61,086 nucleotides of DNA, taken from assembly GCA_964195335.1 (NCBI GenBank), contig CAXMPC010000091.1:1-61086 (forward strand). Direction: 5' to 3'. A program made the position numbers and the translations under genes. This DNA comes from an uncultured Gammaproteobacteria bacterium (GTDB lineage Bacteria > Pseudomonadota > Gammaproteobacteria > QNFN01). The notes below the pieces were generated by a model. That model saw nothing but the letters and a program-made list of their open reading frames with translations. It did no database searches and had not been told where the DNA came from. Numbering within the stretch: the first letter of the stretch is position 1; every line of letters starts with the position of its first letter. Of this stretch, positions 46,972 through 59,593 are shown one piece after another.

Positions 46972-48006
46972 TCAGGGGGGCGTCAACTGCGCGGGGTCGA
47001 CCCGCTCCATCAGGTAGCAGAGGCAGTCCTGGCGGATGATGCCGGTGTCCAGCGTCAGCATCGACGGCATCACCGGCTGCAGGGTTATCAGGCGACCTTC
47101 ATCGACCGCGAAGTAGTCATCGGTAACGTCCTGTCCGAGCTCATCCCGCGCCACGACGCAGGCCCCGTTGTCGCAACGGACCCAGCCGAACTGGGTCCCA
47201 GTGGGCAGTTCACGGAAGTTGAGATGATCGAGATCGTGAACCAGGTGCAGCCCCTGCTCGGTCGTATCGAATCCGAACGGCACCCGTTCCGGAATCCTGA
47301 CCACGGCGACGGTGTGGAACAGGTCCATGTCGTGAGCGGCCACCGGGTGTGCGGGAATCTCGGCCAGGTGCAGGCAGGCGTCGAGGAAACGCTCGGCATG
47401 ATCGACCCCGAGCAGTTGCCCGACCTGGCCGCACTCGAGTGTCACCGCCGGGCAGAGCCCGGCCATGGCCATCGACTGCACACCGGTGGGCTGGATGAAG
47501 TAGACCACGGTGCGTCCGAACAGCGTCGCCAGTTGGAAAAAACTGTCGTCGACGCGGTTGACGCAGGCGTAGTGCGGATTGAGCCCGGTGTTGTTGTGCA
47601 CGTCAACACTGGCGAACAGGCCACGCTGGCGCACGGTATCCACCACCTGCTGCATCATCCGCGCCTCGGCCGATTCACGGTCCTCACCGCCCGGCCAGAT
47701 GCGATTGAAATCGGGCTGGTCTGTCAGCTGGCGCGCGCCCAGGCGGGCCGCCGCGACATTGCTGACGAACAGGGCCAGGCTGCGTGGCAGCGGCTGCTCG
47801 CTCCCGCCCGGCCGGTAACGGCGCAGCAACGACTGCACCGCGCGCAGCCCGGTGTCCTCGTTGCCGTGCTGCAGAACCGAGACGAACAGCGCCGGTTCAC
47901 GCCGCCCCTCGAGGAGGTAGAGCGTCGGCCCCGGCAGCAGCCGGTGCAGGTCACGCGCGCCACAGTCAAGAAAACCGTCGGGGAGGCGGTCGGTAACGGT
48001 CAACAT
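46972..48006 (-). CDS. succinylglutamate desuccinylase/aspartoacylase-family (M14-like) zinc hydrolase
   Basis: Zn ligand motif LQHGNEDTG and a second His in VDVHNN. Start at ATG 48006, 1 nt after the upstream stop. Confidence 0.65.
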   Translation of the reverse strand: MLTVTDRLPDGFLDCGARDLHRLLPGPTLYLLEGRREPALFVSVLQHGNEDTGLRAVQSLLRRYRPGGSEQPLPRSLALFVSNVAAARLGARQLTDQPDFNRIWPGGEDRESAEARMMQQVVDTVRQRGLFASVDVHNNTGLNPHYACVNRVDDSFFQLATLFGRTVVYFIQPTGVQSMAMAGLCPAVTLECGQVGQLLGVDHAERFLDACLHLAEIPAHPVAAHDMDLFHTVAVVRIPERVPFGFDTTEQGLHLVHDLDHLNFRELPTGTQFGWVRCDNGACVVARDELGQDVTDDYFAVDEGRLITLQPVMPSMLTLDTGIIRQDCLCYLMERVDPAQLTPP

Positions 48007-48007
48007 G

Positions 48008-49426
48008 TCACCAGCCCCACTCGTGCACCGGTCGGCCCGACGCCTGCCGCTCGAGGTAGGCGTTGGCCAGCACCCCGGCATCGGCGCCGTGACGCGCGAC
48101 CCAGCCGCGCTGCCAGTCGGCGCCGGTGCGGCGACCACGAACCCGCGCCTCGATTACCTCGAGGTAGTCGTCGCGGTCAGCGTAGTCGACCTCGAGTTGC
48201 TCCAGCCCGCGCCGGGCCGCCGGCAGCAACTGTGCCGTGAACAGCTCAACTGCCGGACCGCTGCGGCCGTCGAACCAGGTCAACTCGGCCTCCAGGCCGT
48301 CGCGCGCGGCGGCATAAAAGTTGTTGTGCGTGGCACTGAACGGCAACCGGTCGACCAGTGGCACGTGCTCCCCAGCCAGGGTGTGGACCAGACCGAACAG
48401 CAACGCGGCATTGGCCAGGCAGTCGACCACTGTCGGCCCGGCCGGCAGCGCGCGGTGTTCGATGCGCAGCTGCGGACGGCCGTCCTCGGTGATGCCGATC
48501 AACGGTCGGTTCCAGCGCCAGATGGTGCCGTTGTGCAGGCAGACGTGATGCAGCGCCTCGACCGGGGTATCGCTCAGCACCGGCAGCATCACAGGGAAGT
48601 CGCGCCGGTTGCGCTCGAACAGTTCGAGAACCGACGTGTCGAGATAACCGTGGCCGAAGGTAACCCGTTGCGGCCCGCCCTCTGCCGAGACGTCGATCGC
48701 CTGTTCGAACAGCGGGATGCGGGTCTCGCTCCAGAGATCGTGGCCGAACAGGTAGGGCGAGTTGGCCGCGGCAGCGACCATCGGACCGCTCGCCGCCAGC
48801 ACGGCATTGAACTCGCCGACGACCCGCCGCGGATCGGTCTCGAGATGGATCTGGAACGAGGTCGCGACCGACTCCAGCATCACGCCTTGGTGGCTCATCT
48901 CGAGGTGGTCGCGGCCGTCGATGTCGATCCGGCACGGGGCACCGCCACGCAGTCGCAACAGCTGGTCGTTGAGAGCACGGTAGCGGTGCTGGTCGGTCAT
49001 GTTGCCGAGCACCAGGTCCTGTTCGGAGGCGGTCGGCAGGATGCCGATCATCGCCAGGCGGGTATCGAGTGATGCGGCCGCGCGATCGCACGCCGTCCAG
49101 GTCGCTTCCAGCTCCTTGTGCAGGCGCCGCAGCCCGCCACCGGCGATCGCCTGCGGGGCCCCGTTGAGCTCGACGTTGAAGCGGGCCAGCTCGGGCACCA
49201 CCAAGGGGTCGCCGAGTCGCTCGAGCAGCGCCTCGTTCAGCGGCGCCGGCCGCGCGGTGGGGTCGACCAGCCACGCCTCCAGTTCGAAACCACCGACCCG
49301 GTCGGCGGCGTGGAAGCGGTCACCGTCAAGGGTCCGGCCGAGCAGCGCCGTCTCCTCCTCGAGCCGGCGGGAGAAGGCAAGAAAATCCGCCGGGCTGAAT
49401 TCGGAGGTGTCTATCTCTTGGCCCAT
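48008..49426 (-). CDS. glutamate-cysteine-ligase family 2 (GCS2/YbdK-like) carboxylate-amine ligase, long form
   Basis: GFELEAWLVD, FNVELNG, and ANSPYLFGHDLWSETRIPLFEQ are typical of the GCS2 family. Confidence 0.7.
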   Translation of the reverse strand: MGQEIDTSEFSPADFLAFSRRLEEETALLGRTLDGDRFHAADRVGGFELEAWLVDPTARPAPLNEALLERLGDPLVVPELARFNVELNGAPQAIAGGGLRRLHKELEATWTACDRAAASLDTRLAMIGILPTASEQDLVLGNMTDQHRYRALNDQLLRLRGGAPCRIDIDGRDHLEMSHQGVMLESVATSFQIHLETDPRRVVGEFNAVLAASGPMVAAAANSPYLFGHDLWSETRIPLFEQAIDVSAEGGPQRVTFGHGYLDTSVLELFERNRRDFPVMLPVLSDTPVEALHHVCLHNGTIWRWNRPLIGITEDGRPQLRIEHRALPAGPTVVDCLANAALLFGLVHTLAGEHVPLVDRLPFSATHNNFYAAARDGLEAELTWFDGRSGPAVELFTAQLLPAARRGLEQLEVDYADRDDYLEVIEARVRGRRTGADWQRGWVARHGADAGVLANAYLERQASGRPVHEWGW

Positions 49427-49435
49427 CAGTGCCCC

Positions 49436-51111
<1,676 letters not shown>

Positions 51112-51193
51112 GATGATTGGAATGTAGCGTGGAAGCACGTCTGGTGGGCAGGTAGAATGGCCCTTCGCGTCATTCTATGCGGCATTCGCCACC

Positions 51194-53497
51194 ATGAGAA
51201 CCAAGCCCGGCCCAAGCCGCTACGCGCACCTGTCGCTGCTCTCGCTGCTGCTCGCCCCGGTCACCTTTGCCGGCTCCGGGGAGTGTGTCGACCCCACCGA
51301 TCCCGCCTGCCGGCCGCAGAGCGGCTGGACCCTGTGCCGGGCCCCACTCGCCTCGCCGGTGACGCGCCCGACGGCCGAGGAGCGTCTGCGCGCTGAGTTG
51401 CTGATCGACGCCGGCCGGGCCGAGTATTTCGCCGGCACGCGGGCCGAGCTCGGCGATGGTTTCCAGATGACGCGTCTCGACCAGGTGCTGCAAGCCGACC
51501 GGGGCAGCTACGACAGTGACAGCGGCACCTTCCACGCCGTCGGGGATGTCTACTACCGCGAGGCTGGTGTCGCACTGACCGGGACCGAACTCGAACTCGC
51601 GATCGAATCGGGCGCCGGCCGGGTCGAGGCGACGCGTTACGCGCTGGTCGAGCAGCACGCCCGCGGCTCTGCCGACCGTGCCACCTGGAACGGTGCCGGC
51701 GACGCCGCGCTCGAACGCGCAACCTACACCACCTGCGACCCCGGTGACGGCAGCTGGCTGCTGAGCGCGTCGCGCATCGACCTCGATTTCGACGAAGGAC
51801 TCGGCGAGGCCGAGCAGGCGGTGCTGCGACTCAAGGGTGTCCCGGTACTCTACACGCCGTGGATCCAGTTCCCGATCGACGACCGTCGTCGCAGCGGCTT
51901 GTTGATGCCGAGCATCGGCAACTCCAAAAACAACGGTTTCGAGCTGGCCGTTCCCTGGTACTGGAACATCGCCCCCAACCGCGACGCCACCATCACCCCG
52001 CGCCTGCTGAGCAAACGCGGGCTGCAACTGGCCACCGAATACCGTTACCTCTACCAGTCTGACGACAACCCGGCCTCCCGGCAGGAGGGGCTGGTCGATT
52101 TCGAGATCCTGCCCGGCGATGACATCTACGGTGACGACCGTCTAGGACTCCGGGTGGTCCACGAGGGGCGGCCGTGGGTCGGCTGGCAGGTAGGTGTCGA
52201 CGCCGGCGTCGTCTCCGACAAGGACTACCTGCGCGACCTCGGCGGCGACCTGGCGGCAACCAATACCAACTACGTCGACCGGCGCGGCTACGTCTCCGTT
52301 ACCCGCTCCGACTGGGCCTTTCTAGGCCAGGTCAACTACCTGCAGCCACTGGTCGAATTCCAGCCCTACCAGGCCCTGCCGCAGCTGCTGTTCGACTACA
52401 CCCCCTACACCGAAGGGCCAATTCGCTACGGTCTCGACAGCGAGCTGGTCCATTACGACCGCTCCACCCTCGCCGGGGGTTTCGTCCCGGTGACCGGGAC
52501 CCGGTTCGACCTCAAACCCTGGCTCAGCGCCCCGGTCGACCGATCCTGGGGCTACCTCGATCCGCGCCTGGCGGTGCGCTACACCGGCTACGCGCTCGAC
52601 GACCAGTTCGCCGCCAGCGACTCCCGGCCGGGGCGGACCCTGCCGCAGGCGACCCTGGACGGCGGGTTGTTCTTCGACCGTTCGGCCTTCGGTGGACGCT
52701 TCCGCCAGACCCTGGAACCGAGGTTCTACTACCTCTACACCCCCTACGAGGACCAGGACGATCTGGTCCGTAACAGCAACGGGCAGAGCGTGGTGTTCGA
52801 CAGCACGTTGCCGCTGTTCGAGTGGAGTTCGCTGTTCCGTGACAACCGCTTCAGCGGCGCCGACCGGGTCGGCGACGCCAACCAGGTGAGCCTGGCCGTC
52901 TCCTCGCGCATGGTCGACGACGACAGCGGCGTCGAGCATGCCCGCTTCGACCTCGGCCAGACTCTCTACTTCCGAGACCGCGAGGTGACCCTTCCGGGTC
53001 AGCCGGTGGAGACCGAATCCTCCTCACCGATCATCGGCCGGATACGCGCCAGCCTAGATCACAACGTCGGTGTCAGCGGCAGCCTGACCTGGAACCCGCA
53101 CACGGAACACACCGACCTCGGCACGCTGAGCCTGAGCTACCAGCCGGACCTGGTCCGCCTGCTCCACCTCACCTACCGCAACAACGGCGACGACATCGAG
53201 CAGACCGACTTTGGAATCAGCTGGCCGCTGGGCGCGCAATGGCAGGGGGTCGGCCGCTGGGTCTACTCGCTGCGAGACAAGACCAACCTCGAAACGTTCG
53301 CGGGTTTCGAGTATAAGAGCTGCTGCTGGGCGGCACGCTTGGTGCTGCGCGAGTTCGTCCGGGACACGCTGTTCCCGGATGACAAGGAACTCGCGGTGAT
53401 GTTCCAGCTCGAGCTCTCGGGCCTGGCCCGGATCGGCGACGACATCACCGGCTTCCTTAGCGGTACTCTGCCTGGCTACACCAAGCCGAGGCTGTGA
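51194..53497 (+). CDS. lptD: LPS-assembly outer membrane protein LptD
   Basis: 767 aa with a signal peptide. Large beta-barrel with PWYWNIAPNRD and YYLYTPY motifs. Upstream of surA. Confidence 0.92.
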   Translation: MRTKPGPSRYAHLSLLSLLLAPVTFAGSGECVDPTDPACRPQSGWTLCRAPLASPVTRPTAEERLRAELLIDAGRAEYFAGTRAELGDGFQMTRLDQVLQADRGSYDSDSGTFHAVGDVYYREAGVALTGTELELAIESGAGRVEATRYALVEQHARGSADRATWNGAGDAALERATYTTCDPGDGSWLLSASRIDLDFDEGLGEAEQAVLRLKGVPVLYTPWIQFPIDDRRRSGLLMPSIGNSKNNGFELAVPWYWNIAPNRDATITPRLLSKRGLQLATEYRYLYQSDDNPASRQEGLVDFEILPGDDIYGDDRLGLRVVHEGRPWVGWQVGVDAGVVSDKDYLRDLGGDLAATNTNYVDRRGYVSVTRSDWAFLGQVNYLQPLVEFQPYQALPQLLFDYTPYTEGPIRYGLDSELVHYDRSTLAGGFVPVTGTRFDLKPWLSAPVDRSWGYLDPRLAVRYTGYALDDQFAASDSRPGRTLPQATLDGGLFFDRSAFGGRFRQTLEPRFYYLYTPYEDQDDLVRNSNGQSVVFDSTLPLFEWSSLFRDNRFSGADRVGDANQVSLAVSSRMVDDDSGVEHARFDLGQTLYFRDREVTLPGQPVETESSSPIIGRIRASLDHNVGVSGSLTWNPHTEHTDLGTLSLSYQPDLVRLLHLTYRNNGDDIEQTDFGISWPLGAQWQGVGRWVYSLRDKTNLETFAGFEYKSCCWAARLVLREFVRDTLFPDDKELAVMFQLELSGLARIGDDITGFLSGTLPGYTKPRL

Positions 53498-53535
53498 CGA
53501 AACCACGGCCCGCAACTTCGACACCGAGATTGCCC

Positions 53536-54831
53536 ATGAAGCTGCTTCGCAGACACCTCTTCCTCCCGGCCGCAGTCCTGCTGCTGGCCGCCGCCGTCCA
53601 GGCCGCACCGGAATCGATCGATCGGATCGTCGCGGTCGTCAACGACAACGTCCTCACCCAGAGCGAGCTCAACGACCGCACGAAGTTGGTCACGGTCCAG
53701 CTGTCAAAGCAGAACACCAGCCTGCCCCCGCGGCAGGTGCTCGAACGGCAGGTACTCGAACGCATGGTGCTCGAGGAGTTGCAGATGCAGATGGCCGCCA
53801 AGACCGGGGTGATCGTCGACGACATCGAACTGAACAATTCCATGCGCGAGATCGCCCGGCGCAATGACATGAACCTGATCCAGTTCCGCCAGATGATCGA
53901 AAAGGACGGCTACAGCTTCAACCGCCTGCGCGAAGACATCCGTGTCGACATGACCACCGCGCGACTGCGTGAGCGCCAGATCAACAACCGCGTCAGCATC
54001 ACCGACCAGGAGGTCGACAACCTGCTCGCCCGCGAGGCCCAGCTCGGTGACCAGAAGACCGAGTACCTGCTCGGCCACATCCTGGTCGCACTGCCCGAGG
54101 CGGCGGACCCGCGCCAGATCCGGGCTGCCCGCGAGGAGGTCGAGGGCATCGCCGCCACACTGGCAGAAGGTGCCGACTTTGCCCAGACCGCCCTTGCCAA
54201 ATCCGACGGCCAGCAGGCGCTCGCCGGTGGCGACCTCGGCTGGCGTAACGCCAACCAGATCCCGCGGCTGTTCGTCGACACCGTGATCAACATGGAAGTC
54301 GGTGCGGTGAGCGACCCGATCCGCAGTCCCAGTGGTTTCCACCTGGTCAAGGTGGCCGACCGGCGCGGCGAGTCCAAGCAGTACATCACCCAGACCCGCG
54401 TCCGCCACATCCTGATGGCGACGACGGCGGTAGTTTCCGCCACCGAGACCCGGCTACGTGTCGAGCGCCTGCGCGACCGCATCGCCAACGGCGAGGACTT
54501 CGGCGAACTGGCCCGGGCCAACTCGATCGACTCGCTCAGCGCCGCCGAAGGCGGCGAGCTCGGCTGGGTCAGCCCGGGCGACCTGGTACCGCAGTTCGAA
54601 AAGGCAATGGACGCCCTTCCGATCAACGGCCTCAGCAGCCCGGTCCAGACCCAGTTCGGCTGGCACCTGATCCAGGTTCTCGAGCGACGCCAGCGCGATG
54701 TGACCGATGAGGTCAAGCGCAACCAGGCACGCATGGCCCTGTTCCGGCGCAAGGTCGAGGAGGAAACCGAGCTCTGGGCCCGGCGCCTGCGTGACGAGGC
54801 CTACGTGGACATCCGCCTGGGCGAGGAGTGA
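53536..54831 (+). CDS. surA: periplasmic chaperone/peptidyl-prolyl isomerase SurA
   Basis: Signal peptide, IVAVVNDNVLTQSEL N-domain, and two parvulin domains (GGDLGW..., GGELGW...FGWHLIQV). Confidence 0.92.
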   Translation: MKLLRRHLFLPAAVLLLAAAVQAAPESIDRIVAVVNDNVLTQSELNDRTKLVTVQLSKQNTSLPPRQVLERQVLERMVLEELQMQMAAKTGVIVDDIELNNSMREIARRNDMNLIQFRQMIEKDGYSFNRLREDIRVDMTTARLRERQINNRVSITDQEVDNLLAREAQLGDQKTEYLLGHILVALPEAADPRQIRAAREEVEGIAATLAEGADFAQTALAKSDGQQALAGGDLGWRNANQIPRLFVDTVINMEVGAVSDPIRSPSGFHLVKVADRRGESKQYITQTRVRHILMATTAVVSATETRLRVERLRDRIANGEDFGELARANSIDSLSAAEGGELGWVSPGDLVPQFEKAMDALPINGLSSPVQTQFGWHLIQVLERRQRDVTDEVKRNQARMALFRRKVEEETELWARRLRDEAYVDIRLGEE

Positions 54832-55820
54832 ACACGGCCACTGTCCGGCGTCTCGCGCTCACCCCGGGCGAGCCGGGCGGTGTCGGTCCCGAGCTCTGCG
54901 CCCGCATCGCCCAGCGTGACTGGCCGGCCGAGCTGGTCGCTTTCGCCGACCCCGACCTGCTACGCGAGCGTGCCACGCGACTCGAGTTGCCGCTCGAACT
55001 GACCGAGTACCACAGCGACACTCCGCCCGCACCTCAGCGTAGCGGCACGCTGACCGTCGCGCCGCTGCCGCTCGCCGCACCGACCCAACCAGGCCGACTC
55101 GACCCGGCCAATGCAGCCTACGTCCTCGACAGCCTGCGCCGGGCCACTGCGGCTTGCCTCGCCGGCGAGGTCGCCGGCCTGGTTACCGGCCCGGTGCACA
55201 AGGGGGTGATCAACGAGGCCGGTATCGCCTTCACCGGCCACACCGAGTTCCTCGCCGACCTGGCCGGTGGCCACCCGGTGATGATGCTCGCCTGCCCGGG
55301 CCTGCGGGTCGCGCTGGCCACCACCCATCTGCCGCTGGCCGAGGTGCCGAGTAGGCTTGACGCGGTGACGCTGGAACGGGTCATCCGCGTGCTGGTCACC
55401 GACCTCTCCTCCCGCTTCGGCTGTTCGAACCCACGTGTGCTGGTCTGTGGCCTCAACCCTCACGCCGGCGAGGGTGGGCATCTCGGGCGCGAGGAGATCG
55501 AGATGATCGCGCCGTTGCTGGCGCGCCTGCGAGACGAAGGGATGGCGCTGGTCGGACCGCTGCCGGCCGACACCGCGTTCACCCCGATTGCACTCGACGG
55601 CGCCGACGCAGTCCTGGCGATGTATCACGACCAGGGACTGCCGGTGCTCAAACACCTCGGCTTCGGTCACGCCGTCAACATCACCCTCGGCCTGCCGATC
55701 GTGCGCACCTCGGTCGACCACGGCACCGCACTCGACCTTGCCGGCACCGGCATGGCCGATCCCGGCAGCCTGGTGGCCGCGATTGAGACCGCGCTCGAGC
55801 TGACAGCGAGTCGCGCATGA
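54828..55820 (+). CDS. pdxA: 4-hydroxythreonine-4-phosphate dehydrogenase
   Basis: LTPGEPGGVGPE, TGPVHKGVIN and GLNPHAGEGG motifs. GTGA overlap with surA. Confidence 0.92.
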   Translation: MNTATVRRLALTPGEPGGVGPELCARIAQRDWPAELVAFADPDLLRERATRLELPLELTEYHSDTPPAPQRSGTLTVAPLPLAAPTQPGRLDPANAAYVLDSLRRATAACLAGEVAGLVTGPVHKGVINEAGIAFTGHTEFLADLAGGHPVMMLACPGLRVALATTHLPLAEVPSRLDAVTLERVIRVLVTDLSSRFGCSNPRVLVCGLNPHAGEGGHLGREEIEMIAPLLARLRDEGMALVGPLPADTAFTPIALDGADAVLAMYHDQGLPVLKHLGFGHAVNITLGLPIVRTSVDHGTALDLAGTGMADPGSLVAAIETALELTASRA

Positions 55821-56641
55821 GCATGACCGGCCACCGGCCGCGCAAGCGCTTCGGCCAGAATTTCCTGCGTGACAGGGCGATCATTGACCGCATCGTCACG
55901 GCCATCGCCCCCCGACCCGACGATCGCCTGGTCGAGATCGGGCCCGGCGAAGGCGCCCTGACCGGGCCGCTGCTGGAGGCGGCAGGCTCACTCGCAGCCA
56001 TCGAACTCGACCGCGACCTGGTGGCCCGGTTGCACACCCGCTTTCCTCCCGGATCGGGACTGGAGCTGATCGACGGTGACGCCCTCACCTACGATTTCCG
56101 CGCCCTCGCCGGCGGCAGGCGGCTGCGCCTGGTCGGCAACCTGCCCTACAACATCTCCACGCCGCTGCTGTTCCACCTGTTCGATCAGCTCGACAGCGTG
56201 GCCGACATGCACTTCATGCTGCAGCGGGAGGTGGTCGATCGCCTCGCCGCCGGGCCGGGGAGCAAGACCTACGGCCGATTGTCGGTGATGGCCCAGTTGG
56301 TCTGCCGGGTGACGCCACTGCTGCAGGTGCCGCCGCGCGCGTTCCGCCCGTCGCCGAAGGTCGATTCCACCGTGGTCCGGCTGGAACCGCATGCACGACC
56401 GCCGGTTGCGATCGACGACCCGGCACGGTTTGCCCTGCTGGTGGCCGCCGCCTTCGCCCAGCGGCGCAAGACTCTGCGTAACAGCCTCCGCGACCATCTC
56501 GACGCCGGGGCCATCGCCGGGTGTGACATCGACCCGGTGCGGCGTCCAGAGACGCTGACGCTGGCCGAGTTCGCCCGCCTCGCAAACCTGCCGCACATGA
56601 CTCCTTGCGCGAGCCCGGACCAAGGAGTAAGTAAAGGGTAG
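55817..56641 (+). CDS. rsmA: 16S rRNA (adenine1518/1519-N6)-dimethyltransferase
   Basis: KRFGQNFL, EIGPGEGALT and GNLPYNISTP motifs. Confidence 0.93.
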   Translation: MSMTGHRPRKRFGQNFLRDRAIIDRIVTAIAPRPDDRLVEIGPGEGALTGPLLEAAGSLAAIELDRDLVARLHTRFPPGSGLELIDGDALTYDFRALAGGRRLRLVGNLPYNISTPLLFHLFDQLDSVADMHFMLQREVVDRLAAGPGSKTYGRLSVMAQLVCRVTPLLQVPPRAFRPSPKVDSTVVRLEPHARPPVAIDDPARFALLVAAAFAQRRKTLRNSLRDHLDAGAIAGCDIDPVRRPETLTLAEFARLANLPHMTPCASPDQGVSKG

Positions 56642-56671
56642 AAACACACTGCTTACTGGAGCGCAAAGAAC

Positions 56672-57034
56672 ATGGCCGTTCGTGGCAAAGCTGTAACGTT
56701 GAACGCGAATCTCGAGTTCATGAGCGGTCGCATGCTGCGCGGCTACGTCAAGTCGCTGAGCCCGACCTCGGCCGGGTTCAACAGCGGCGACTTCAACAAG
56801 TACCGCTCCGATCCGCCGAAACCGGGGGAAATGGCCAATATCACGATGACCTACACCCGCAACAGCGCGCCTTTCGACATCAAGCTCGGCTGCAGCCTGG
56901 TGCAGCTCATGGGCACCAGGGCCACCATGGCACTCAACCAGGGCGACATGACCAACACCGACCGCAAGGCGATGAAGAAAATCATCGAAATGCAGATCTC
57001 CGAGATCGGCATCGACGACGGCCCCACGGGCTAG
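56672..57034 (+). CDS. hypothetical 120-aa protein occupying the usual apaG position; not ApaG-like
   Basis: Strong GC3 bias supports coding. No similarity to the ApaG/DUF525 pattern as I recall it, and no family recognised. Confidence 0.55.
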   Translation: MAVRGKAVTLNANLEFMSGRMLRGYVKSLSPTSAGFNSGDFNKYRSDPPKPGEMANITMTYTRNSAPFDIKLGCSLVQLMGTRATMALNQGDMTNTDRKAMKKIIEMQISEIGIDDGPTG

Positions 57035-57059
57035 CCACCGACACCACTTCACCTCCGCT

Positions 57060-59330
57060 TCAGGAAACCGCCGCGTCCGCCGCCGCCAGCGCGGCCAGGT
57101 TGACCGTGCCCCGGGTGGTCACTGTCCGGTTGAGGATATGCACCGGCCTGGCCATGCCGAGCAGGATCGGACCGACCGAAACCCCGTTGGCGAGCACCTT
57201 GAGCGCATTGAATGTGATATTCGCCGCGTCGAGGTTGGGCATGATCAGCAGGTTGGCCTGGCCGGTGAGTTGCGACTTCGGGAAGCTGCGCCGGCGCACC
57301 TCTTCCGACAACGCGGCGTCGGTCTGCATCTCGCCGTCGATCATCAGCTCCGGGTCACGCTCACGCACGACCCGCAGGGCCGCACGCAGTCGCTGGGCCG
57401 ATGGGTTGTCGTAGGTGCCGAAGTTCGAGTGCGACACCAGCGCCACCTTCGGCGTGATACCGAAACGGCGCACTTCGGTCGATGCCAGCAGGATGATCTC
57501 GACCAGCTCGTCGACATCGGGCTCGTAGTTGATGTAGGTGTCGGCGATAAAGAAGGTGCCTTTGTCGGTGATCAGCAGTTGCATCGCCGCGGTGATATGA
57601 GCCTTTTCACGCAGGCCGATGATATCGACCACGTGGCGGTGGTGGTCGAGCGCCGCCCCGACCGGACCGGCGATCATGGCATCGGCGACACCGTCACGTA
57701 GCAGCATGGCGCCGAGCGCGGTCGAGCTGCCGCGCAACACGCCCTCGGCGTCCGACGGCCAGACGCCACGCCGCCCCATCAGGTCATGGTAGGCCTCGGC
57801 CAGTTCCGAATAGTGGCCGTAGTGGGCCGGATCGATCAGCTCGAAATCACTGTCCGGGCGGATGCGCAGACCGAGTTCGAGGATCCTTGACAGCACCATT
57901 TCGCGACGGCCGATAACCAGGGGCGGCAGGGTGCGCTCCTCGAGCAGCGTCTGTACCGCGCGCAGCACCCGCTCATCCTCGCCGCCGGTGAACAGCAGCC
58001 GACGCGGATTTTCGCGGATCACCTGGAACACCTCTTTCATCGAGGCGCCAGAACGGTAGACGTGACGCATCAGCGACTCGTGATAGGCGTCGAAATCCTC
58101 GATCGGCCGGGTGGCGACACCACTCTCCATCGCCGCCTTCGCCACCGCTGGCGGAATCGCGGTGATCAGCCGTGGATCAAACGGCTTCGGGATGATGTAC
58201 TCGGGACCGAAGGTGAGGGACTGGTTCCGGTAGGCACTGGCAACGACGTCGGAGACCTCGGCCATCGCCAGGTCGGCGATCGCCTCGACGCAGGCGATCT
58301 TCATCGCCTCGTTGATGGTCGTCGCACCGACGTCGAGGGCACCGCGGAAGATGAACGGGAAGCAGAGGACGTTGTTGATCTGGTTCGGGTAGTCCGAACG
58401 GCCGGTAGCGATGATGGCGTCGTGACGCACCGCCTTGACCTCCTCGGGCATGATCTCTGGCGTCGGGTTGGCCAGGGCAAAGATCAGCGGCTTGTCCGCC
58501 ATCTTCGCCACGCTCTCGGGCTTGAGGACGTGCGGAGCGGACAGGCCGAGGAAGATGTCGGCGCCTACGATGACCTCGTCGAGGGTGCGCCGACCGTCGT
58601 CCGGGACGGCGTAACGTGCCTTGTACGGATCCATGTCCTCGACCCGTCCGTCGTAGATGACTCCTTTACGGTCGGTAAGAACGATGTGCTCCTTCTTCAG
58701 CCCCATCGCCACCAGCAGGTCGGTGCAGGCGAGCGCCGCGGCGCCGGCGCCGGAGACCACCAGGCGCACCGCCTCGATCGGCTTGTCCACGACGCGCAGG
58801 GCCCCGAGCACGCCGGCCGCGGTAGTGATCGCGGTGCCGTGCTGGTCATCGTGAAATACCGGGATCTTCATGCGCTCGCGTAGCGCCTTCTCGACAATGA
58901 AGCACTCCGGCGCCTTGATGTCCTCGAGGTTGATGGCACCGAAGGTCGGCTCGAGACCGGCAATGGTATCGACCAGTCGCTCGGGGTCTTTTTCTTCGAC
59001 CTCGATGTCGAAGACGTCAATGCCGGCGAACTGCTTGAACAGTACCGCCTTGCCTTCCATGACCGGTTTGGAGGCGAGCGCACCGATGGCGCCGAGGCCA
59101 AGTACCGCGGTGCCGTTGGTGATGACGCCGACCAGGTTAGCGCGCGCGGTGTAGTCGCTCGCCGTCAGCGGATCGTCGACGATGGCCTCACAGGCGTAGG
59201 CGACGCCGGGCGAGTAGGCCAGCGCCAGGTCGCGCTGGTTCGCCAGTGGCTTGGTGGCGTGGATACCCAGCTTGCCGGGCTTCGGGTAGCGGTGGTAGTG
59301 CAGCGCACTCTCGCGCAGGTCTTTGCTCAT
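57060..59330 (-). CDS. maeB: NADP-dependent malic enzyme (malic enzyme plus phosphate-acetyltransferase-like domain)
   Basis: [20 protein letters not shown] and [12 protein letters not shown] motifs, plus a C-terminal PTA-like domain. Start at ATG 59330. Confidence 0.92.
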   Translation of the reverse strand: MSKDLRESALHYHRYPKPGKLGIHATKPLANQRDLALAYSPGVAYACEAIVDDPLTASDYTARANLVGVITNGTAVLGLGAIGALASKPVMEGKAVLFKQFAGIDVFDIEVEEKDPERLVDTIAGLEPTFGAINLEDIKAPECFIVEKALRERMKIPVFHDDQHGTAITTAAGVLGALRVVDKPIEAVRLVVSGAGAAALACTDLLVAMGLKKEHIVLTDRKGVIYDGRVEDMDPYKARYAVPDDGRRTLDEVIVGADIFLGLSAPHVLKPESVAKMADKPLIFALANPTPEIMPEEVKAVRHDAIIATGRSDYPNQINNVLCFPFIFRGALDVGATTINEAMKIACVEAIADLAMAEVSDVVASAYRNQSLTFGPEYIIPKPFDPRLITAIPPAVAKAAMESGVATRPIEDFDAYHESLMRHVYRSGASMKEVFQVIRENPRRLLFTGGEDERVLRAVQTLLEERTLPPLVIGRREMVLSRILELGLRIRPDSDFELIDPAHYGHYSELAEAYHDLMGRRGVWPSDAEGVLRGSSTALGAMLLRDGVADAMIAGPVGAALDHHRHVVDIIGLREKAHITAAMQLLITDKGTFFIADTYINYEPDVDELVEIILLASTEVRRFGITPKVALVSHSNFGTYDNPSAQRLRAALRVVRERDPELMIDGEMQTDAALSEEVRRRSFPKSQLTGQANLLIMPNLDAANITFNALKVLANGVSVGPILLGMARPVHILNRTVTTRGTVNLAALAAADAAVS

Positions 59331-59593
59331 CGTCTCTCTCGCCGGTCGTGTGGGTCGGGCCAGGGTTGGCCGAACAAATTGTGTATACAAGCGTCATGCC
59401 AAAATGGCATTCATCATCCTCCCATATAGATGCTAGACCGCATTCACCGCCCGTGCGCCGCGACGTCCGGACTCCGGCCGCCCGCCAGGCGCAGGGCGGC
59501 GGTTTTCCGCCCATCCGGGCCGGCGCATGAGCTAGTCTGGAACCAGACGGTGGCATCACCGTCCAAACAAGCATGTACCCCGAGGAACTCGCC

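Noticed and set aside
56672-57034. Identity of the 120-aa ORF as ApaG, because of its position after rsmA
   Set aside because: The sequence does not resemble the ApaG/DUF525 pattern as I recall it. It is kept as hypothetical.
59476-59505. Hairpin GCCGCCC-N10-GGGCGGC followed by GTTTT, upstream of the double-thioredoxin gene
   Set aside because: Short T-run and a large loop, with no upstream forward-strand gene to terminate. It could be an attenuator, but the evidence is too thin.
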